Origin: Lepidodermella squamata
Taxonomy: Eukaryota > Animalia > Gastrotricha
Direction: 5' to 3'
DNA: 64,000 bases
Assembly (NCBI GenBank): GCA_047495785.1
Contig: JBLDXI010000110.1
Span: 9,451 to 73,450 of the forward strand
This document shows positions 12,686-25,650 of this stretch, one piece after another; position 1 is the first letter of the stretch, and each line of letters begins with the position of its first letter. The notes below the pieces were generated by a model. The model saw only the letters and a program-made list of their open reading frames with translations. It made no database searches and was not told the origin of the DNA. The translations under genes were made by a program, and so were the position numbers.

Positions 12686-12946
12686 TAAAATAAATATTAA
12701 TAGTATGAAGTAAAATTTGAGAAATATTTGCGACTGTTGTTGTTGCTGGCCGGTAAAAATGTTCGAAATCCCATACCGACAACGTTGTAACAAACAGCCA
12801 TGTTGACAATTAAAAAATCTGAAGTACAGCGTGTCCCATAAGTAGCGCAAGCAAAGAAAAATACACGGAAAAGGGTTCAGAAACTCTAAAAATTGAGACG
12901 AAGTCACATCTAATGGCCAAAGAAATTGTAGACAAATAAAAAATCA

Positions 12947-13670
12947 CAGGGGTGTATTTTTTTTTATTTCCGCCTTGCTCGGGGCAGCCCGCCGGAAATG
13001 CGGAATAATTATTGAATGTTATTGGGTGATTGTGGGAGAAAAGTTGGTGGATGAGTAGACACGTGCATTTCTAACGCTGTGAATTTCATCTTTGATATCT
13101 ATTTTGGTATCAAGTATCATATTTTATCGAATAGTATCCTTCGTCTAATAACAACCCAGTCGGTTTCTTTCCTAGTTGATTTTTAGGGCGGAATTTCGGA
13201 TTTTGACGATACTAAAATTCATAAATCTGCCCATTTTGCTGCAATTCTTGTAAGATAAAAGACGATCAAACTTTGGCTCGGTTCGGATCTTGACTGGCGC
13301 TTTCAATTTATCACCCTCGAATAACGATCACCGCGTTATTAGCCCTTATTCGTACCCCCGGAATATTAATTCATCGCAAATTTGAATTCGGCATACCCTG
13401 ATCACCAAGCGATCACAGCTAGGTAGCTTTGATGATTCATCGCGGGATCAAGTTATTAATGCAGTCGTCACGGTATTATTCGTATGATTTTTTGTCCAAT
13501 TTTTGCTGTGAAATCGCGCCAATTACTTTTTGCTTGATCGCCCGGCTTCGCCAAAAGTCTCAAAAGGCCGGGCGAGTCGGGCTTTGCGGGCAGAATAAAA
13601 AAATGTATATGGGCAGTGCCCGGCTTTTTTGCGTTCAGGCAGGCCGGGCTGAATATAAAAATACACCCCA
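12947..13670. mobile_element. Possible non-autonomous TIR element (hAT/MITE-like)
   Basis: CAGGGGTGTATTTT at the left and AAAATACACCCCAG at the right; GCCGGG/CGGGC-rich subterminal motifs; no TSD seen. Confidence 0.4.
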
Positions 13671-14246
13671 GGGATAGTAATCAAGTATGCCACTTGTGAA
13701 TGGGATAAAAAAGTTCGGAGAAATATGGTCCAACCGGGTTTTGTTTTATTTATAGCATATTTTCGGCACCACACAGATGTTAACAGTGGTGGCCTAGATT
13801 GTTCATCTGATCGTTAAAAAATTCTATATTAACAACGTTAGGGAAGACGTCTCTCCGGATGTTATTCCATTCAGGGTAAAATTCCGCAAATTACCGAGCC
13901 AGTTACCATCGGGTTTTTCCGGGTTTTCTCCGGTAACTTTATTATTTATTCGGTTAAATCGCGAAAAAAAAGGTAAAATATTCTGTCAGTAAGCTTAGCT
14001 TAGTTTGGTTTTCTTAGCACGGACCGGTTTGGCTACGCAATTTTGGACCCGACGATATCTCTGAGCCTAGGTTTCAATTTTGTGAACAGGGACAACGTCG
14101 AGACAAAAACGAAGGAGTCAGATATTATTTCGATGTAAAGTTAAATTCTATCGAATCTCCATTGATGTTATCAATTCCTTATTATTTGAAAGATATCTCG
14201 AAACGAAAGAGCCTGAATATGATTTTCTGTTTGGACTAATCGTAAT

Positions 14247-14759
14247 CTAACGAAAATGTAACCAACCTTCGCCCTCCTCTTCCGCTTCGCTTTCCTCTTC
14301 GTTTTCTTCTTCGTTGACCGACAACAGGCTATTTGTGGAGGCAGAGTTTTCGATTTGATCAGCAGCAGTCTCGATACGACCCTGAATGAGAGCGGTACGA
14401 GCTGCGTTCAGCAAGCCCATGAGAGCGTCAGAATTGGTAATATCGAAGCTGAGGCCATCAAACTTGATGATGATCGACTTTTTCCGTTTTGCTGTGGATC
14501 TCTGTCCAGAACGGCTTTCATTCGATCGTTTTCTCTTAGCTTCCGACGGGGATTTTTGAGCGACGAAATTGAGCGAAACCGGCATTTTAAGGAGGACGCG
14601 CGCCCGAGACTGAATCTCAGCCAGGTCAACCACAGAGCTCGATACGATGTCTCCTAGCAACCTTCGCATCAAATCGACGTTTTCGCTGAATGCTTTCGCC
14701 CGGGGTAACACTGCTTCTTCGACTTCAACGTTAAATGCTTCATTAATATTTGATGCCAT
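14247..14759 (-). CDS. Unknown 170-aa protein with basic NLS-like segments and an acidic tail
   Basis: ATG directly after TTTTTTCTTAG; AKRKRS/AKRKKS; EEENEEESEAEEEGE; related start at 16142 (+). Confidence 0.5.
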   Translation of the reverse strand: MASNINEAFNVEVEEAVLPRAKAFSENVDLMRRLLGDIVSSSVVDLAEIQSRARVLLKMPVSLNFVAQKSPSEAKRKRSNESRSGQRSTAKRKKSIIIKFDGLSFDITNSDALMGLLNAARTALIQGRIETAADQIENSASTNSLLSVNEEENEEESEAEEEGEGWLHFR

Positions 14760-15044
14760 CTAAGAAAAAATCAAAATCTTAACTAGTCAGTATTTTCTTT
14801 GAAATCAAAGTGGTTCTTTTCAACCGTTTCACAGCAAATATTCAAGAGGTGATTTTCAATCAATAATTGACAATGAATAATCATATCAAAGCATGATCAA
14901 TACAGCCATTGGATCAAGATGAAATTGTTCATTGAAAGCAAAACACTGCGATGCCGTCAAAAATGGTCGGTATTTTGCATTCGAAATTTGTGGTCTGGCG
15001 TTGACGTTATTATAGGGCTGAATTGATTGATGTTCGAGTGGCGG

Positions 15045-15620
15045 TTATCTTTGTCGGATGTGGACGGTGCTGGTCCGGTTTATTGGCGGTGAAGCGATTC
15101 TGAACGATTCGGGCAAGCCTGACGTGCTTGGGGTACGTTTTCGCGGTACCGGCGTTGTAGTCGACGGCGTTGTACTTGCGGTCGTTGTAGTAGTCGGTGT
15201 TGTGGTGGGTGTCTGGCGAAGATCAGGCAATGGCGGCGGGCGGCCGCGACGCAAATGAAGCAGGCGCCGTCTTGGCCGGCGCAGTAACCTTGGCAGCGCT
15301 CTGGGCCGACCGGGGGTCAAATGCGACCATCGCGAATCGCGCAACCAGGTCAACTTGAGGCGGTTGCTAAGGGCAAGGATATCATGGCCGGGTAAGTCGA
15401 ATAAGCGAATATCGTAGGTAACAGGCGAAACCCGAGCCACGACGGGATAGGGACTCTTGTAGCGAGAGGCGAATTTCGTGATCACATCGGTCCGGTTACT
15501 TGGCACATTAAGGCAGTCGTGATCGCCGATATCAAACGGCTCGCAATTCCCTGAACTGCGGTTGTAGCGCTCTTTCTCCAGAGCACGGGCGAGTTGGAAA
15601 CGAGTCCGAACGATGGGCTC
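15045..15620 (-). mobile_element. Gypsy integrase C-terminal remnant
   Basis: KFASRYKSPYPVVARVSPVTYDI (GPY/F-module-like). Confidence 0.65.
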
Positions 15621-16830
15621 CCACTACAAGATTTTCGGAAATCCCTGCACCTTCAACAGCTAAAATCCAAGGGAAAATAATGAAAAAATTCCGAATTCCT
15701 CTGACATATACTTACGGCATCCATGCTGAAAACGACCCGCATGCTGGAAATCACTTGGTTTTGAGCAGGTGGTAGAATTGTGGTTGATGTTGGAATTGTT
15801 CGCCGATTACCGCCTACAGGTGATTATTAATTATTTTGCACGAGTCCAAATAATAAATCAATACTAATTAATTAATTCGGTTATCTCAAGAATTCGGCGT
15901 CTACGTTGACGAAAACGGGGCCCAGTTTATTTATGAGATTTTGCGTCTTCATGCGTCGAAAGGACAACAATCGAGGTACGATCTTCGATGAAAGATACAA
16001 AAGCAACATTTTGAATTTTAAAGATGACTTGTAGCGGGTTGTAGTCGGATCGATTGAATTCATTTTAATCGATTGAAAAAACCGCGTGGTTTTGAAAATA
16101 TACTGACTAATATACTGACTGATATCGATTTTTTCATAGACATGGCTTCAAATAATATCAACGAAGCTTTAAACGTTGAAGCTAAGGCGAAGAAGAGAAA
16201 AAACAGTTCAAAAGCCGAAATCTGTGAAATCTATGCCAACAAAGTTACTACGCATGCAACTTGCCATCTACCATGCTGTGGGAACCTGCGCATCTGTCTA
16301 TGGGGAAGAATAAAGAAGACGTCGCAAAGGCCTTGCTCAGTGCAATTTTTAGAAACAACCCATAGCTTTTATCAGTTGAAAGCATCTAGCGTCTGATTGT
16401 AGTTCTTGCTGCGGTTTCCCATGATTTCTTCTTTTGTCGATGTAATATTCCTCTCCTCTGTGAAAAGGCTATCTTCATTCGTTGTACCCGTTTTCGAAAG
16501 TCGATGTCATCAATTTTAGGCTGATAGGTAGAACTTCTACCAATACGGTATATTCAGTTTTTTAGAATAATGGACGTTTTATTTTAACCACACTCCACTT
16601 TATTTAATTCGGTAGAGAGGATCGTTTTAAGTTCTTAGGGTGTCTGAGCGCCCTGAGGAGGCTCTTTGTCGCAGTTTGCCGATTTCGGAAGCTCTTACTT
16701 GTTTTGTGACAAATTATGCTTTGAATAAAATAAGAAAAACTACCAACTGTCGAATTTTCCAAAACCTGTTTTCAGGATTATTATTGGTTTCTTTGTTTCT
16801 TTGATAGGCTTCTTTAGTGTTTTTTTAAAC

Positions 16831-17565
16831 ATGGATACGGCTGGCGAAGACTTGGCGATGGTCGCTATCGAAGCCGCGAGAAACGGCAATGTGAAGACTG
16901 TGAAGCGCTTGCACGAGCAAGGCTTCGATTTCAGCTCCAGCTTCAATGGGAAAACAGTGCTGAACGAAGCGGTTTTGAGCGGAAATTTGGAAGCCATCCA
17001 TTTTGTCCTCAAACATTATCCTGAAGGGCTGAACGCTGCGTCAGGTCGCTTTGGTGGCGGGACGCCCTTGAACTGCACGATCGGCATGTCGAACGAGCAT
17101 GGGACGGAGCAAGCCCTGCGTGTCGTCCGCTTCCTCGTCGAGGAATGCCATGCCGACTTGGAGGCACGCGATCATGACGGATACACACCTGTGGCTGTCG
17201 CTTGCTTTCAGGATTCCACGGCGACCCTTAGATACCTTATTGACCTGAGGGCCCGCTTCCGAGGCAGCAACCTGCTGCCCTTAGTGTGCGCGGAAGTTGG
17301 GTCCAAAAAATCCGCTCGCCTGATTTTGCGGAACTGCCCGGATTTATTGAATCAAGTGACTGCGGGCGACGGAAAGACGGCACTAGAAATCGATTGCCGG
17401 CTCAAATTCCAAAGCGTAGTTGAATTCAAGGTCGATGTCCATGTCGGATCGCCTATTCTATCCTGCGCGGGTTCAGCGGCATGCGCGCAGATTCTGGTTG
17501 AAAATGGGGCCGACCTTGGAGAGACAGACGTCGGCGGCACCAACATTCTACACTTACTGTTTTAG
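16831..17565 (+). pseudogene. Ankyrin-repeat protein with internal deletions
   Basis: AARNGNVKTVKRL, GKTVLNEAV, GTPLNC, DGYTPVAVA, GKTALE, ILVENGAD. Confidence 0.8.
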
Positions 17566-18175
17566 CGCAGACATTCCCACTTCGAAAATCATAGGTGTGG
17601 TCGATTTCGCCTAAGGTCTAGGTTTAGTTGGTTTAGGTCAATGCTAATATTTCCCAGATTGAAAATTAGTAACGAATTTCAAAAAAATTGTTTTCTCAAT
17701 TTTCCATTGGTGAGGAAAATTGCAGCCATCCATCATCTCAAATATTTTTATTATTTTCCCTGTTTTTTAGCCCTAGCATTTCTTTCAAAGAAATCGCCCT
17801 TCTGCCCAAAAGAATGAATTCATCTGCTTCTTGCGATAAAAATTGAAAAATAACGGAATTGGGTTCAAATGTAAGTCGTTTTGGCCTAGTTTCAGTCAAA
17901 CCGATTTTGCCCGATTTCCGCATTTTTAATTTCCGATTTCTTGGAACCATCGGATAGCCCGTGAAATTCTAAGCACGCCTTTTTGTCTTTTTCAAGGCAT
18001 TAGGATAACGAAAACTGAAAATTTAAGGTGGATCTGTAGGGAATATAAAATTCGAAATTTATGACTTAAACCGCATTGCAATACCGGTAAAACAATAGCT
18101 TTTGATGAACTCGATACTTGATTTTCACGATACTACTCTTCCCTTTACAGCGATCGAATAAAATAAAACGCATAC

Positions 18176-18495
18176 CTTGCATTCAGCAGCGTAAGATGGG
18201 ACGCGACACGATTGACGACCGACAGACTTGCGTACGCTCTGCCTCTCTTCCAAGCCCATCGCAAATCCACCTTCTCTGCATCTGCCTGCTGACGTTCCAT
18301 ATTCTTCCAGTCCACCCTTAGAGAGGCCGAGTGCCATATTGACCATAGAAAGCGCTGAAATGAGTGGGTGTTGTCGTGAAAAGTCGACCACGGCTTCGAT
18401 CGACGGCGACTGGGGTTCGTCAGACTCGCGTTTGCCGTCGTAATACCCGTCATCATCATCGGCCGTTTTCTGCCACTCGGTAATTACTTTCGAAT
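18176..18495 (-). pseudogene. Degenerate copy of the MTMR6-like exon (FYVE start)
   Basis: QSVRKSVGRQSCRVPSYAAECK followed by a GT donor; aligns by eye to 26307-26680. Confidence 0.65.
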
Positions 18496-18519
18496 TTTGA
18501 TCATCGTGGTTAAGGAAGA

Positions 18520-20150
18520 ACCGCTATGGCAGGCGGTGGACTTCCAACTAATCGGTCAGAGATGATGAGAATATAGCGCATTCCTTGACGAGACGTGGGG
18601 TAAAAGCCGGCTAAGCCCCAGAACAGAAGCCCATTCACGTTATGCGAAAAGATGGGCTCCATTAGGCGCTATCACATCTTTGCTACGCTGCTTCTGATTG
18701 AGATGAAGGCGATGTTTCTTATAGCGACGCCAATGATCGGTGGCTGGCGCTGAAATTAAAACAGGGCGCATCAAGTTAACACAACACCAGGGCGTGAGAG
18801 AGCGGAACGGGTCGCCCTCCTGGTACGCGTTTTTGTCGACTACAGCGTCGTCATCAAAAGTGAGATCGGACACATCGCATGAGTCGAGCCGCGGCGAGTT
18901 ATTATATTCAGCGTAGTTGTGTAGCTTGATAATCGACCTCCGGTGTCCTTCCAGGTATTCAAAGCGCGAAGAGCAGCGGCGTCAGTAATAGCGGTGGTAA
19001 TTAATTGAATTCAAACCCGGCGAGATTTATAGGATTAATCTGCTTCAGCCGGTACAAAACGGCAATAACTTCACGTTTACGGCTAAAAAGTTGCACACGG
19101 CAGATTTGAAAACCGAAAGCGACTGGTCGGCGAGTAACATCGTCTTGGTCTTCGAGAGCGCCACCCAGACCGGACGCATCAGTCGGTAAAATACATTTCT
19201 CGTCCAATAAGACGAAAGGCCAAACATGGCGGCCTTTGAGCTCAATGAAAGCATTTTCAGCATCCTCATTCCAGTAGAAGTAAGAAGCTACCACCATCGC
19301 AAAATTCTTGATAAAACGTCGATAATAAACGGCTAATGAGGTAAAAGCTCCAAGTTTGCTAACCACCGTAGGGACGGGAAAATTCTGGACCTTCGAAACA
19401 CGGTCGCGAGAAATAGATAAAGAATCCCGGCTAATAGAGTGACCAAGATAGGCGGTAGAGCCAATGGTTGAGCCAATGGTTACATGATGAAATCCTCCTT
19501 AAAGACATTTTTAAACGAATATCCATGTGATCGAAAAAATTGAGCGAGCAGTCAACGGAAAGAGACTACGTCAATGTCTCATTGAGATGACGAGACAATC
19601 TCAAAGCTTTGGAATTGTTCAAATCGATCAAGTTCGAGATTCAAACGTCGGTTAAAAACGAAGTTTGTCATGGGTTTGTATTAAATTGGGGACCAAGCCA
19701 GATATTAGCCATCAAATCGCAAGCTTGTTCAGGTAGTTGTAACGCTAGCCAGGCATTGATAATCCGTCAAATCCGCAATATTTTCACGATCGCTGAGGTC
19801 GACATCGGTACCAGGAGCCATAATAGAACGGTAAAGCGAACCATAATTTTCAGAATCGCATAATGACGAATAGCGCTTTTGAAATTTCATTAAACTGGGA
19901 CAAACATTTTCCGGTCGAAAAATTTGGCCACCAAAGATGATTTGAGCTCAAACCATGACGCCATCATTCGACTTTGCTATATCGACCTTTGCCGAAATAC
20001 TCGGCGCATTTTCAAACCACAGTCAATAATTATCACCAGCGTACATGGAAAATGAGTCGCCAGCGGAATTCGTAGTAGTGCACTGGAGTTTCTAGCCGTG
20101 AAATTACCGCCGATTAGTATTCCGCGTCGTTTTCCAGTCTTCCGTCAACA
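18520..20150 (-). mobile_element. Highly decayed Ty3/Gypsy gag-pol remnant
   Basis: YYRRFIKNFA..FYWNEDAENAFIELK..TDASG..RPVAF (RT connection/RNase H); WFELKSSLVAKF (gag-like) near 19940. Confidence 0.65.
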
Positions 20151-20263
20151 CTGCTTTCCTCCTTGAATAAAGGGCCATTGAAACATTCGTTGCAGCTAGT
20201 TAATCAAAAATTGATAGCATTTTGAGGTAAGAAATAATTTTCAAATTCTCACTTGCAGAACTT

Positions 20264-22114
20264 TCAGCTGTACAACATGCGTGCAATAAAGTCGTTCAAC
20301 ATTTTGATGACTTCGATCTTCTTCCTCTTCAGCGCCAAGTCGTAAGCGGTTAACCCAGCCGAATCAGTGGTGAGAAATAACCCGGGCATTCGACTGAGAG
20401 CAAAGCTGACCACGTCGACTGATCCACAAGCACAAGCAATATGGCACAACGTTTGGCCCAAATTATTTGTGGCTCGATTGTTTGCCCCGGCAGAAGCCAA
20501 ATACTTGAAGACACGGATTGAATTCTTCTCCGCAGCCAGCAGGAGAGGAGTTATAGTTTCCTTGGAACAGCACTCTAACTTGGCGCCATATTGCACTAAG
20601 ATCTTAGCCGCATCGATATTGTCATGAGCGGCAGCTTCATGAAGAGGCGTCCGTAATGTACGGCCTTGCATGGAATTGACTAGATCTGGGTAAGCTTGAG
20701 CTAGGAATCCCGGCGTTTTCTTGCAGTTGTGCGAAATAGCAGCATGCAAGACTGTCGCTTTGCTACTCGTCCTAGCATTAATTTCAATGTTGAATTTAGC
20801 GATGATGAATTTAAGCAGGTCGACGTTATCCGAGCAGGCTGCGGCGTGAAAAACTCTGATACCATTTTTGGTCCAGAGGGCAATTCTTCGCTTCTCATTT
20901 GGTGACAAGTTACCCAGTGCTGATTGCAGTTGTTTGAAATGGGTCAAATTGCCTTTCATTGCGGCCTCGTGCAACTTCGGCAGCAATTCATTCACGTCAA
21001 CGGAAGGTTTTATAGCCGCCGCAGTGATAGAAAACGATTTCGATATATCTTCCACATTTCGCTCTTCGCGCTTTTTGGCTTGAACCCTGGCATTTTGAAC
21101 GATTTCAGGAACCTGCCTCGTCGACTTCGACTTCGACTTCGCTATCCAAACAAGAGCACTTTCAAGTGGCGAAGTTGAAAAGCTCTCGATGAGCGGATTC
21201 GGCAGGATTTGCTCCGAGCCAATAGTCAACTCAATCGAAGACATTTTCGAATCGAAATCGTTCAATTCCCTCAGCAATTCATCGTGCGTAGAAACAAGAC
21301 GATAGAGATCTGAGACTTCGTTCAAATTCATGTTAAAAGCGGATTTCTCTCGAAAACTCTTCACGAAATCATCGCTCCAGGAAGTTTCACATAACTTGGC
21401 GGATATCTCTTTCAATTGACGAAGTTTATCCGTAGTCGCAGCTTCAATCAACTGATTTAATCGCCGATATTTGTCATTCATTATCGCTTCCAATTTTTTC
21501 GCAATTTCCTTGCATGCCAAGCCAGCTCGAATTTTCGTTAGATTGCTGTTACCTTCGATGGTTTTCCGAACTCTTTCAAGCGTCTCACAAGTATTCGGAC
21601 CCGAATAACTCGTTTTCTATGAAAAATCGGAGGTGCATAGAAAATAAAATGACAAAAATAAAACCAACCTCGTTAATAACCGAAAGAATTTCGAGCTTAA
21701 TTCGCTCTTTGTGGGCAATTTCACAGCGACTGCAGAACTTCGAATCGCAATGACTGCACCAGTTACCCAGCGGGCTTGAATGCCAACAAAAGCGACCAGT
21801 TTCGGCGGGGCTTGACTTGCCAGAATCATTATCGCCATCGAAATTCTGAAGGCTTCGACAGTTCTCTGCAATTTCGAATTTGTCAACAAATTAAACGCGT
21901 CACCATCTAGCCAGTTGGTTTTTCGACATTTTGAACAGGTAACTTCGCCATCTTCTGAGGCAGCAGATTCGATACAACGAAGGCACATTGAGTGACCACA
22001 TAATGGTAAAATTTTCGGAAATTTAAACAAATCGCAACAACTTTGACAGGTCAAGGCGCTGATAAGCTCCGAATCGGCAGCGGAAGATGATAACAAAGCC
22101 GTAGGCGAGATCAT
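20264..22114 (-). CDS. TRIM-like RING + B-box + coiled-coil + about 7 ankyrin repeats; 2 exons, one frameshift near 21840
   Basis: RING CQSCCDLFKFPKILPLCGHSMCLRC..CSKC. B-box CWH..WCSHCDSKFCSRCEIAH in the shifted frame. Intron 21617-21668 joins in frame to ORF 20264-21520, which has TPLHEAA-type repeats. Confidence 0.8.
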
Positions 22115-22952
22115 TTTATTTCAAAAAATATTCAGCCTAGATGAAAAAAATTAGCAGTTGTTTTAATAATTTTTTTAATAGCCGAAATCACAGTAAATTT
22201 TTCAACTGAAAGGTTAGAAAGTGGCATTTCGATATCAGCGAGTTGGATTTTTAACAGAAAGACCGAGTGGTTTAGAAGAGCAGAATTCTTAATACAAAGT
22301 CAATAGTTTTTCAGGGAGAAATAAAACGGCATCTGATACCACGTTATCTCTAATCAACCGCCGCATCCTAATTATGGCATTTTCGAACTCAGAAAGCCTC
22401 ATGTTAGCTTTGAAAAGTGAGGCCAGGTCATTTGTTGCCTCTAAGGCACGAGATTTACTGATTCAGAAAAAAACACATCGCATCACCGGAGATTTGCTGC
22501 CTCGCCTAATGAACGTAATTAAACAATTAATTCGAACAATAAAAACGAGGAACTGATTAAAAAGAGTAAAAGAAGTGATATGAGACATAAACGCAATTTT
22601 TTTTCTTTTATTCGCTGGTCGAAAATTGGTAATATTTTTTCATCATTCGAAAGAAAATGTTCAATACACGCAGGCCTAGTTAGTATTCACCGAATTCTCA
22701 ATTATTGAGTGCCTCAGCGGGCAGATTTCCCAGTCGAAGCGCAATTTTTAGCCTCAATTCGTTCTTCGTGGTTCAATTCTCGGTGACATTTGCTCGGCGC
22801 CAGAGGATACGGTGGAAAAATCGGCAGTTTTTTACTTTCTCCCAGCTTAAACAGAATAGAGATATAAACGACAGAGAAATTCCTGCATTTTGCCGCAGTT
22901 AAGTGTCAAGTTAAACGCACGAATATCAAAAAATACAACCAAACGTGATCTA

Positions 22953-23418
22953 CCGCATTTTATCGAATAGTATCCAACCTCAAATAATAACGCCCTCGAA
23001 TAATAGCCCCAAAAATTAACTGAAATATTGAGTCTAGAGGTTAATAATAGCCCACCTCGAATAATAGCCACATAACAATAGCGATAGGCCCATGATCAGC
23101 TGATGGATAAAATGGGGAAGGCGTCTAGCGTTCAAGAAGATGTTAAAGGACAAAGACAGGAAAACTGCGGCAACAAAAACGATAGCGACAGCAAATTCAA
23201 GCTTGGCTGCAGCGACGCAGATAATGGGTGCATATTTTATCAATGTCGTGTGATTAAGGTGTTTAAGTGATGATGTGACGTTCCAGGATGAATAATAGCC
23301 TGCCTTGATTAAAAGCCACCTCGAATAATAGCCCGATTTTTCCCACCATTTTTCGAGTTCGGAAACAAATAGTATCCCAGGATATTATTCGATAAAATTC
23401 GATAAAAATAAAATACGG
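22953..23418. mobile_element. MITE (Tc1/mariner-type, TA-flanked)
   Basis: TA-CCGCATTTTATCGAATAGTATCC ... GGATATTATTCGATAAAA..ATACGG-TA; internal AATAATAGCC repeats; related ends near 3490, 6056 and 13121. Confidence 0.7.
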
Positions 23419-24384
23419 TATACTCTAAGACAGTGCGTACGCAAATGACGGACAAGCAAGTTTACAAGCTAGGCGATCAAGAAATAACGGCGAAAAGATC
23501 GAGCATCGAAAAAGAAGAAAACAGGGATACATTCGAGGTCTTGCGAGCACAATAAGATTCGATTTGAACTTAAAATAAAATAATTTTCAACGCGTTATCA
23601 CACAAAATAAAGGATAGAGGATACCACCACACTCAATCTTTCGAAGGTTATTTCGATAACAATTTCGAGGGAGAACGACTTCCTTCATTTCTTTCGTCAT
23701 TTTTACAGCAATTGAGAATTTCATTAAAAATGCATTTTTCAGATAAATTTTGGACACGCGCACCTGAGCGATTTTAGAGTAAAAAAATAATTTCGAATTG
23801 AGCCTTTTATTATCAAGTGAAAATTCCCTCATCAACTACAGCCAAAACTACACGAAATTACAAAAACAGTAAGAAAAGAGAGCAATGGCTTCACAATTCT
23901 CGAAGGAGGTCATGTCAAAAATATTTCGAATATTATTCAGTAGGCCAACACAGGCGTTTAAAACGCGAAAATGTATGTTCTAGGTACAACATTAAAAACC
24001 AAGAGAAATGAGGCTTTTAGTTCGCACATTCTTCCAAGCAGTTGAGCAGTATGGATGCGGTCAGAAAACGGAGAATTCCAATATTGAACAGTCATCGGAT
24101 TTCGAAGGGGCGCGTTCCCAGACGGCTTCGCTTTGATTATCTCCAGAAAGTTTGGCAAGTTCTCAATTTTAGCCGGGATTTGTGAATGAAACGCCACTTT
24201 CAGCAGTTACCATGAAATGCATGTCGAGTCGAAAAATCCACCTCCCGAGTCGAGTGCCAAATCGACGAATGAGCTAAAATGAAAAGTATACAAATTAATA
24301 AGTGGCTTTTAAATTATTCAAAGTTCAAAATTTCCAATTTTCAATTTTCAATAACAGTATACCAAATACATATACTTGGCGAGC

Positions 24385-25100
24385 AACTCGCCAAGCCTAT
24401 TATTGCTAAATGCGTCGCAGAGCGACGAGGCCCTACCCTAGCGGATCTCAATGAGCTCGAGCAGAGGGAAGCCGACCTTCGCCTCTTGCCTGTGCGCTTT
24501 CTGGACCGGCACGGCAGAACCCGTCGGGCAGTCCTGAGCTACTGCCGCGAAGCTTATCTCAACCGACGAGTGTCTCTTGCCTGTGCGCTTCGGGTGCAGC
24601 TAAGCTACTAAACCTCAACAAAACTTAATAAGGCTCCACCAATATATATATATATATTTTTTTAATTGTTACTCCAGAAAAATTCAGCCGTCCCCGGTCG
24701 CACGTTCATGGACTAACGAGGAGAAGCGATGCATTCCTCAATCGTAGGGACGTGGCGGTGGCCAGGGCCCGTCAGCGGGAGCTGGACCAGCAAGTCGCCA
24801 GGTTGGCGGCAGAGCACGCCGAACTCGGTGACGTGGCCGATGCGGTGGCACATGCTGCGGAGGACGCTTGGGCCCAGTTCCAGGCTAATCCCAGCTAAAC
24901 CCGTCTGTACCTGTTACGCCGCTTGGAAGAACAAGCTCGACTCCGAGCATTACAGCCTCGGCGGATACTTGTTCGCAAAAAACTCAACAAAACTTATTCT
25001 CAACGAAAGAAGTGGCCATAATGAGCGAGGAGTATGAGAGGCTTGACCGCGTGGCTGCACGCAGCTACTTGTTCTCCACAAAACTTAATAGGGCGGGCTA
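24385..25100 (+). repeat. Partial copies of the small coiled-coil gene family (see 27211)
   Basis: PIIAKCVAERRGPTLADLNELEQREADLRLLPVRFLDRHGRTRRAVLSYCREAYLNRR; 3' part and tail match 27480-27785. Confidence 0.85.
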
Positions 25101-25188
25101 CAAGCTCCACCAAGATCTCTTTTTTTTTAATAAATTTTATAAATTTTGTCCTTTTGAAACCACGATTTTTTTCATACATTTTTTTCAG

Positions 25189-25650
25189 GTCGTTTTGAGT
25201 GGAAATTTGGAAGCCATCCATTTTGTCCTCAAACATTATCCTGAAGGGCTGAACGCTGCGTCAGGTCGCTTTGGTGGCGGGACGCCCTTGAACTGCACGA
25301 TCGGCATGTCGAACGAGCATGGGACGGAGCAAGCCCTGCGTGTCGTCCGCTTCCTCGTCGAGGAATGCCATGCTGACTTGGTGCCGTCATGACGGATACA
25401 CCCCTGTGGCTGTCGCTTGCTTTCAGGATTCCACGGCGACCCTTAGATACCTGATTGAGAGGGGGGCTGACCAGAGGACCCGCTTCCGAGGCAGCAACTT
25501 GTTGCACCTAGTGTGCGCAGAAGTAGGTTCGAAGAAGGCCGTTCGCCAGATTTTACGGAACTGTCCAGGTTTATTGAATTAAGTGACTGCGGGCGACGGA
25601 AAGACGGCACTAGAAATCGATTGCCGGCTCAAATTCGCAAGCGTAGTTAA
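25189..25650 (+). pseudogene. Second copy of the ankyrin sequence 16970-17420
   Basis: Near-identical DNA; frameshift at about 25381 and stop at 25580. Confidence 0.9.
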
